Source of the DNA: Planctomycetota bacterium
GTDB taxonomy: Bacteria > Planctomycetota > B15-G4 > JAXMBY01
Assembly: GCA_046349655.1 (NCBI GenBank)
Contig: JAXMBY010000001.1
Coordinates: forward strand, 181,351 to 245,350
Reading direction: 5' to 3'
Length of the DNA: 64,000 nucleotides
Shown here: positions 58,947-64,000 of the stretch, piece after piece
How the letters are laid out: each line of letters starts with the position of its first letter
Numbering within the stretch: the stretch's first letter is position 1
Translations under genes and position numbers: made by a program
The notes under the pieces: model-generated
The model's input: the letters and a program-made list of their open reading frames with translations, nothing else
Told to the model about the DNA's origin: nothing
Database searches by the model: none

Positions 58947-59635
58947 GCGCGCGCTCCGCTCGGCCGGGCGCGGTTCAGGTCGGCAAGCTGCAGCACGCGC
59001 GGGAACTGTGCCAGCACGGACGCATCGTGGCTGACCAGCAGCAGCGCGGCGCCGAGCTCGCGGCAGGTGCTGCGGATCAGCTCGACGGCTGCCGCCGCCA
59101 GGCCCTGATCGAGGTTGCCGGTGGGCTCGTCGGCGAGCAGCAGCCGCGGCCGGTTCACGAGCGCGCGCGCGAGCGCCACCCGCTGCTGCTGGCCCGCCGA
59201 CAGCTGGCGCGGGCGATGCTGCAAGCGCGGCCCGAGGCCGAGGCGCTCGAGCAGCGCGCGCGCAGCGTGCGGCCGAGGCTCCTCGGCGAGCATGGTGGCG
59301 AGCAGCACGTTCTCGAGCGCGGAGTAGCCTTGCAGGAGGTTGAACGCCTGGTAGACGTAGCCCACGTGGCGCGCGCGGAACCGATCGCGCGCGGCCTCCG
59401 TCATTGCCGTGATGTCGCTGCCGGACAGAGAGATCGTGCCGCGGTCGGCGGTGGTGATGCCGGCGATCAGGTGCAGCAGCGTGGTCTTGCCGGAGCCGCT
59501 CGCGCCCACCAGCGCGACCTCGTCCTGCTCGGCGAGCGTGAAGCGCTCGATGTCGAGCACCACCTCGCGCTCGCCGCTCGGTGCGAGGTAGCTCTTCACG
59601 AGATCGCGGATGACGAGCAGGGGTGGCGTGGTCAC
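58943..59635 (-). CDS. ABC transporter ATP-binding protein
   Basis: GTG start (GTGA overlap with the upstream DUF3299 stop). [39 protein letters not shown]. Confidence 0.85.
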   Translation of the reverse strand: MTTPPLLVIRDLVKSYLAPSGEREVVLDIERFTLAEQDEVALVGASGSGKTTLLHLIAGITTADRGTISLSGSDITAMTEAARDRFRARHVGYVYQAFNLLQGYSALENVLLATMLAEEPRPHAARALLERLGLGPRLQHRPRQLSAGQQQRVALARALVNRPRLLLADEPTGNLDQGLAAAAVELIRSTCRELGAALLLVSHDASVLAQFPRVLQLADLNRARPSGARA

Positions 59636-60252
59636 GGGGTCACGACGACGCTCGCCTGGGTCATGCGGTAGAGGCTGAGCAGGTAGCCTTGCTCGTCGAG
59701 CTGCTCGCCCGCATCGAGCAAGCCCTGCGCGGTGACCTTCTCGTATCCGGTGAATGGCTCGGTGCGCGGCTCCGCGAGCGCGACCTCGATCCACTCGTCG
59801 GCAACCGGCATCGCGCCGAAGCAGCAGCCGGGCGGAAACCGGGTGAGCAAGAACTGGGTCACCGTGCCATCGACCGCCTTGAGCGGCATCGCATAACCGG
59901 CGGCGGCGACCCGTTCGCCCTGCAGCCTGCGCACGCCATCGGGCAGGCTCGAGAACGGCAGCGCCTTGCCCTTGGGATCGCGCAGCTCGGGCGGATCATA
60001 GCCGGGGAAGGCGAGCTCGCGCAGGTCGAGCTTGAGCACGCCGTCGGCGGTGCGTTCGAGCGCTGGCGGCGCCGGCGGCGCGGGCACGCCCGGATCACCG
60101 CCTGGCAGCAGGTCGTCGATGAGCGTGCCCCGCACCTCGAGCACCGGCAGCTCACGCTGCACCGCGAGCGCGTCCCGGTAGGACCACCACAGCGTCACGG
60201 CAGCGGCGAGCAGCATGAGGAGCAGCGGCGCAGACCTGGGTTGTGTGGTCAT
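59632..60252 (-). CDS. DUF3299-family protein with N-terminal TM anchor (copy 2)
   Basis: MTTQPRSAPLLLMLLAAAVTLWW anchor; C-terminal GYLLSLYRMTQASVVV. Confidence 0.55.
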   Translation of the reverse strand: MTTQPRSAPLLLMLLAAAVTLWWSYRDALAVQRELPVLEVRGTLIDDLLPGGDPGVPAPPAPPALERTADGVLKLDLRELAFPGYDPPELRDPKGKALPFSSLPDGVRRLQGERVAAAGYAMPLKAVDGTVTQFLLTRFPPGCCFGAMPVADEWIEVALAEPRTEPFTGYEKVTAQGLLDAGEQLDEQGYLLSLYRMTQASVVVTP

Positions 60253-60257
60253 GGTGG

Positions 60258-62467
60258 TCAACGCGGCGGGTTGCCTGCAGCCGAGGTTCCAGGTGGCGGC
60301 GGCGCGTCCCAGATTGCCACCCGTCCGTCGAGGCCACCGCACGCGAGCCGGTGGCCATCGGCGCTGAAGGCGATGCACGAGATCTGCGCCCCGCCGCGGT
60401 CGAGCGACAAGAGCAGCCGGCCAGAGGATACGTCCCACAGCTGCACTTTGCCATCCCACGTTCCCACCGCCAGGCGCTTGCCGTCGGGGCTGAACGCCAT
60501 CGCCCGCGGCGTGCCGCTGCCGGGAAGATCGGCCTGCACTGCGGTGTCCGCGAGACGCCACACCCGCAGCGCCGATTCCGCGTAGTCCGCGGCCGCGGTG
60601 AGCAACGCGCCGTCCGCGCTGAGCGCGAGCGAACGCACGCGGCCGGCCTTCTCGTCGCGGAAGCCGTGCAGCTTCTTGCCGGTCGCGCTCTCCCACACGC
60701 GGTAGTTGCCGCCGGCAGATGCCCAGCAGCAGCTGGCACCGTCGGGCGACAGGCCGAGCGCGAACACGCGGTCGCGCGGTCCGTCGCGGGTCGCGATCGA
60801 GGTGCCGGTGCCGAGGTCCCACACGCGCACGCTGGCGTCGTTCAGGAGCGCCACCACGCGCGCGCGCGTTCGATCGAGCGCCACCACGGCAACGGACTCC
60901 TGGCCGCAGGCGAGCGTCTGGCGCGCGGTCGCCGTGCTGGCATCCCAGACGCGCACCGTGCCGTCGAGGCTGCCCGAGACGATCACGCTCGCGCGCGGGT
61001 CGCAGGCCAGGCTCGCGACCGCCTGGTCGTGCCCGCGCAGAGTGGCCTGCTCGGCGCCGGTCGCGACGTCCTCGACGTGCACCGCGCCATCGGCGGCGCC
61101 GATCACGAGCACGGAGCCATCGTCGCTGAGCGCGAGCGACGTGATGCCCTCGCGACGCCCATCGCCGTTCTCGTCGGCAGGGATCGTGAGCACGCCGTCG
61201 GGTTGCGTGCCAGCGAGGTCCCACCAGCGGACCAGCTCGTCGGCGGCGGCGATCAGCAGCCCGTGCGCGTCGGGCGAAGCGCGATCTGCGCCACGGTAGT
61301 GCCGGTCCATTCGAGTGTGGCGAGCAGATCCGCCGATGCGGCGTCGAACACCTGCACGTCGCCGCGCGCGCTGCCGCTGGCCACGCGAAACGGCGTGCTG
61401 CTGCACGCCACCGAGACCAGCGCGCCCCTGCCCGGGTCGATCATCTGCACGATCTCGTTTGCCGCCGCGTCCCACACGATCAGCCGCTCGTCGCTCGCGC
61501 CTGACGCCAGGTGGCGCTCGTCGGGCGCGAGCGCGACGCTGCGCACCGCGCCGTGATGACCGCGCAGCACGGCGCGCTCGGTCGCCGACGCCACGTCCCA
61601 GCGGCGGATCACGCCATCGTCGCCGCCGGACCAGGCGCTCGCGCCGTCGTGGCCGAGCGCGACCGCGTTGGCGCTGCCCTGGTGGCGGAGCAGCCGCGCG
61701 ATCTCGCCATGGTCGCGAGCATCCCACACGAGCACCATGCCCTGGTCGCATGCGGCTGCCACGCGCTCGGCGTTGCCGCTGATGGCGACGCCGGTCGGCG
61801 CGCCCCCGGCCACGTCCCAGCTGGCGTGCGCGCCGGCCGCGGGCGACCAGACGTGGAGGCGATGATCGGCGGTGGCGGCGACCACGCGCTCGCCGCGGGC
61901 GCTGATCGACAGCGCGATCACCGCCGCACCCAGGTCGCCGAGCGCCGCGGCGCTGGCACGGTCGTGAGCCGACCACAGCCGGACCGTCGCGTCGGCGCCG
62001 CCCGAGGCGAGCCAGCGGCCGTCGGCGCTGGCGGCGACCGCGTACACCGGCTGCTGGTGCGCGCGCATCTCGATCAGCCGCGCCGCGCTGCGGTGGGCGA
62101 GATAGTGCCACTCGAAGCCGCGCGCCTCGAGCGGCACGGCGTCGAGATGCTCGCTCGCCTCCACCAGCCGGTGCAAGTCGAGCGCGAGCTGCGCCGCGCG
62201 CACGTGCGCGGCCACGGCGGCGGCTGCTCGCCGCTCGAGCTCGGTGCGCTGCAGCGCCTCGGCTGCCAGCGCTTGCGCGGCGGTGCGGGCGCGCTGCTCG
62301 AGCTCGCGGTTCAGGTCGTTGCCGCGTTGATTGGTCGCCGCGAACGCCACCAGCGACTCGAGCGCGTGGCGCTTGCCCAGCCATTGCCGGAACACCGCGG
62401 CGGCGAGCATGGCGAAGCTCGAGGCGATGAGGACGGCGGACAGTCGGTGGCCGGATGGAGGGCGCAT
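60258..62467 (-). CDS. WD40-repeat protein with N-terminal TM/coiled-coil region; one frameshift near 61275
   Basis: N-terminal part (frame of 61253..62575) and C-terminal part (frame of 60258..63137) both carry repeated GH...WD-type units (ATVRLWS, VIRRWD, GTVRVWD, VQLWD, RVAIWD). Confidence 0.6.
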
Positions 62468-62567
62468 CTCGGCAGAGAGGTTTAGCGATTGCCGGGTCGT
62501 TTTCCAGACGCGATCCGGTAAACTGCCGCGCTCGTCTTTGGCGCACGCATGACTGTGGAGGATCGAC

Positions 62568-62903
62568 ATGTCCAATCACTACCACGATCGGGATGACCTG
62601 AAGCTGATCCGGGAGCTCGGCAAGCTCGCGCCGGACGAGTTCAAGGCGTGGGCCGCGCTCGATGGCATCGTCGCGCGCGAGACCGGCCAGATCCCGCGCA
62701 AGTACCGCGAGCTGATCGCCATCGCCGTGGCGCACACCACGCAGTGCGTGTACTGCATCGACGTGCACGTGCGCGGCGCCAAGCGCGCGGGCGCGACCAA
62801 GGAGGAAGTGGCCGAGGCCGTGCTGCTCGCGGCGGCACTGCGAGCTGGCGGCGCTGCCGCCCATGGCGCGATTGCGCTCAAGTGCTACGACCAGGCCACG
62901 TGA
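62568..62903 (+). CDS. carboxymuconolactone decarboxylase/AhpD-family protein
   Basis: GGAGGA RBS; AVAHTTQCVYCIDVH AhpD-type CxxC core. Confidence 0.8.
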   Translation: MSNHYHDRDDLKLIRELGKLAPDEFKAWAALDGIVARETGQIPRKYRELIAIAVAHTTQCVYCIDVHVRGAKRAGATKEEVAEAVLLAAALRAGGAAAHGAIALKCYDQAT

Positions 62904-63009
62904 GCCCGCGAATTCGCGCTTCAGGGGAATCTCGCTGCGGGCTATGCTGGACGCGCCCCCAAACAGAGCATCAGGATCGCTGCATCGATCAGCTTGTGAG
63001 GAGAAGACC

Positions 63010-63551
63010 GTGAGGACCGTGATCGGAACCGTGGCATTGATGGTGTTGACCACCATGCCGGCGTTCGCCCAGAAGATGGGCAGCGCCAACCGCAACGCGC
63101 CCACCATCAACCAGACCATCACTTTCGGCAAGGACACGATCGAGATCAGCTACATCTCGATCACCTGGGCCGAGGGCAACTGGGCGAAGTCGCTCGAGGA
63201 CGAGGCGAAGAAAGCGCAGATGCGCGCCGGCATCAACAAGTCGAGCCGAGACCAGCCCGCTCGGGTCGCTCAAGACCTCGTGCGACATCATGCCCTGGGC
63301 GGCAGAAGGTGGCGACTGGCTCGTACAAGCTCGCGTTCGTGCTCGACGAGCAATACAAGTGGCAGATCATGCTCACCAGCGATGCCGGTAAAGTGATCTG
63401 CGCGCTCGACATGAAGTCGGTCGACGAGGAGCGAAAGCGCTTGCTCGTCAACCTGCGCGCCGGTGAGAAGGACTTCACCGCCGAGGTGGGCGTGGCGTTC
63501 GGCAAGACGCGCTGCGTGCTGCCGCTCACGCTCGAGAAGTCGAGCTCGTGA
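63010..63551 (+). pseudogene. small secreted hypothetical protein, 2 frameshifts
   Basis: AGGAG RBS plus GTG 63010; signal VRTVIGTVALMVLTTMPAFAQ. Plausible sequence then moves through SPLGSLKTSCDIMPWAAEGGDW (frame +1) to SYKLAFVLDEQYKWQIMLTSDAGKVICALDMKSVDEERKRLLVNLRAGEKDFTAEVGVAFGKTRCVLPLTLEKSSS*. Confidence 0.4.
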
Positions 63552-63603
63552 GCGCGGCGATCCCTCGAGGAGGGCGTGGCTCGTGCGAGCCGCCCTCCTC
63601 GGG

Positions 63604-64000
63604 TCACTGCTGCTCGATCGCGGCACCGCTGCTCGTGGCAGCGGTCGCGACCTGACGCGGGACCGGCCACAGCGCCGTGGCGAACGCTGCCAGGTAAAGG
63701 CAGGCGACGATCGCGAACGCGCCATGCAGGCTGTGGCGCTCCGCCACCCAACCGACCACCAGGCCGAGCATCATCTGCAGCGCCGTGCCGGCGAAGTAGA
63801 ACGTGTTCTGCACGCGACCCATGAGGTGCGGCGGCACGATCTCCATCATCGAGGTGGAGATGGCGACGCCGCCCACGCCGCGCGCCGAGCCCAGCAGGCA
63901 ATAGAGCGCCACGCCGAGCGCGAGCCACGGGAACCATGGCAGCACGAGCAGGCCGCCCGCCATCAGCGCCATGGTCAGCGCCACTGACCGGCGTGCGCCG
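63604..64000 (-). CDS. MFS-type transporter, C-terminal portion (N-terminus beyond the window end)
   Basis: Hydrophobic helices with an MFS-like loop (GVGGVAISTSMMEIVPPHLMGRVQNTFYF); the ORF runs to the window edge without a start. Confidence 0.55.
   Translation of the reverse strand, partial: GARRSVALTMALMAGGLLVLPWFPWLALGVALYCLLGSARGVGGVAISTSMMEIVPPHLMGRVQNTFYFAGTALQMMLGLVVGWVAERHSLHGAFAIVACLYLAAFATALWPVPRQVATAATSSGAAIEQQ

Overview
High-GC (~70-72%) chromosomal segment with proteobacterial/myxobacterial-style gene content: sigma-54 enhancer-binding protein, ECF sigma plus Ser/Thr kinase, many secreted lipoproteins, MacAB/FtsX-type ABC systems and a Rieske/cyt b/multihaem respiratory module. 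I call about 55 protein-coding genes, often joined by ATGA/GTGA overlaps, and no rRNA, tRNA, CRISPR array or obvious mobile element. In this GC-rich DNA nearly every region also carries long antisense or out-of-frame 'shadow' ORFs, which I excluded on composition (Arg/Ala/Gly-rich). Main points: (1) two good sigma-54 promoters; one drives an unusual HAD-phosphatase/P-loop-ATPase fusion gene and lies divergent to the NtrC-like activator. (2) A duplicated 80-bp palindromic element fills the convergent gap between a sulfatase gene and a Rieske-cyt b-octahaem cytochrome c operon. (3) A secreted clostripain (C11) peptidase carries a ComEA-like HhH motif. (4) A second FtsX/ABC locus has two DUF3299 genes plus WD40 and HEAT proteins. 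(5) At least ten genes show strongly clustered frameshifts (secreted repeat proteins, an FtsX permease, a two-component pair, a DTW tRNA-modification gene, a WD40 gene), while 2-3 kb neighbours are intact. These are either genuine pseudogenes or locally error-prone assembly. All functional calls rest on motifs read directly from the translations; no database search was possible.
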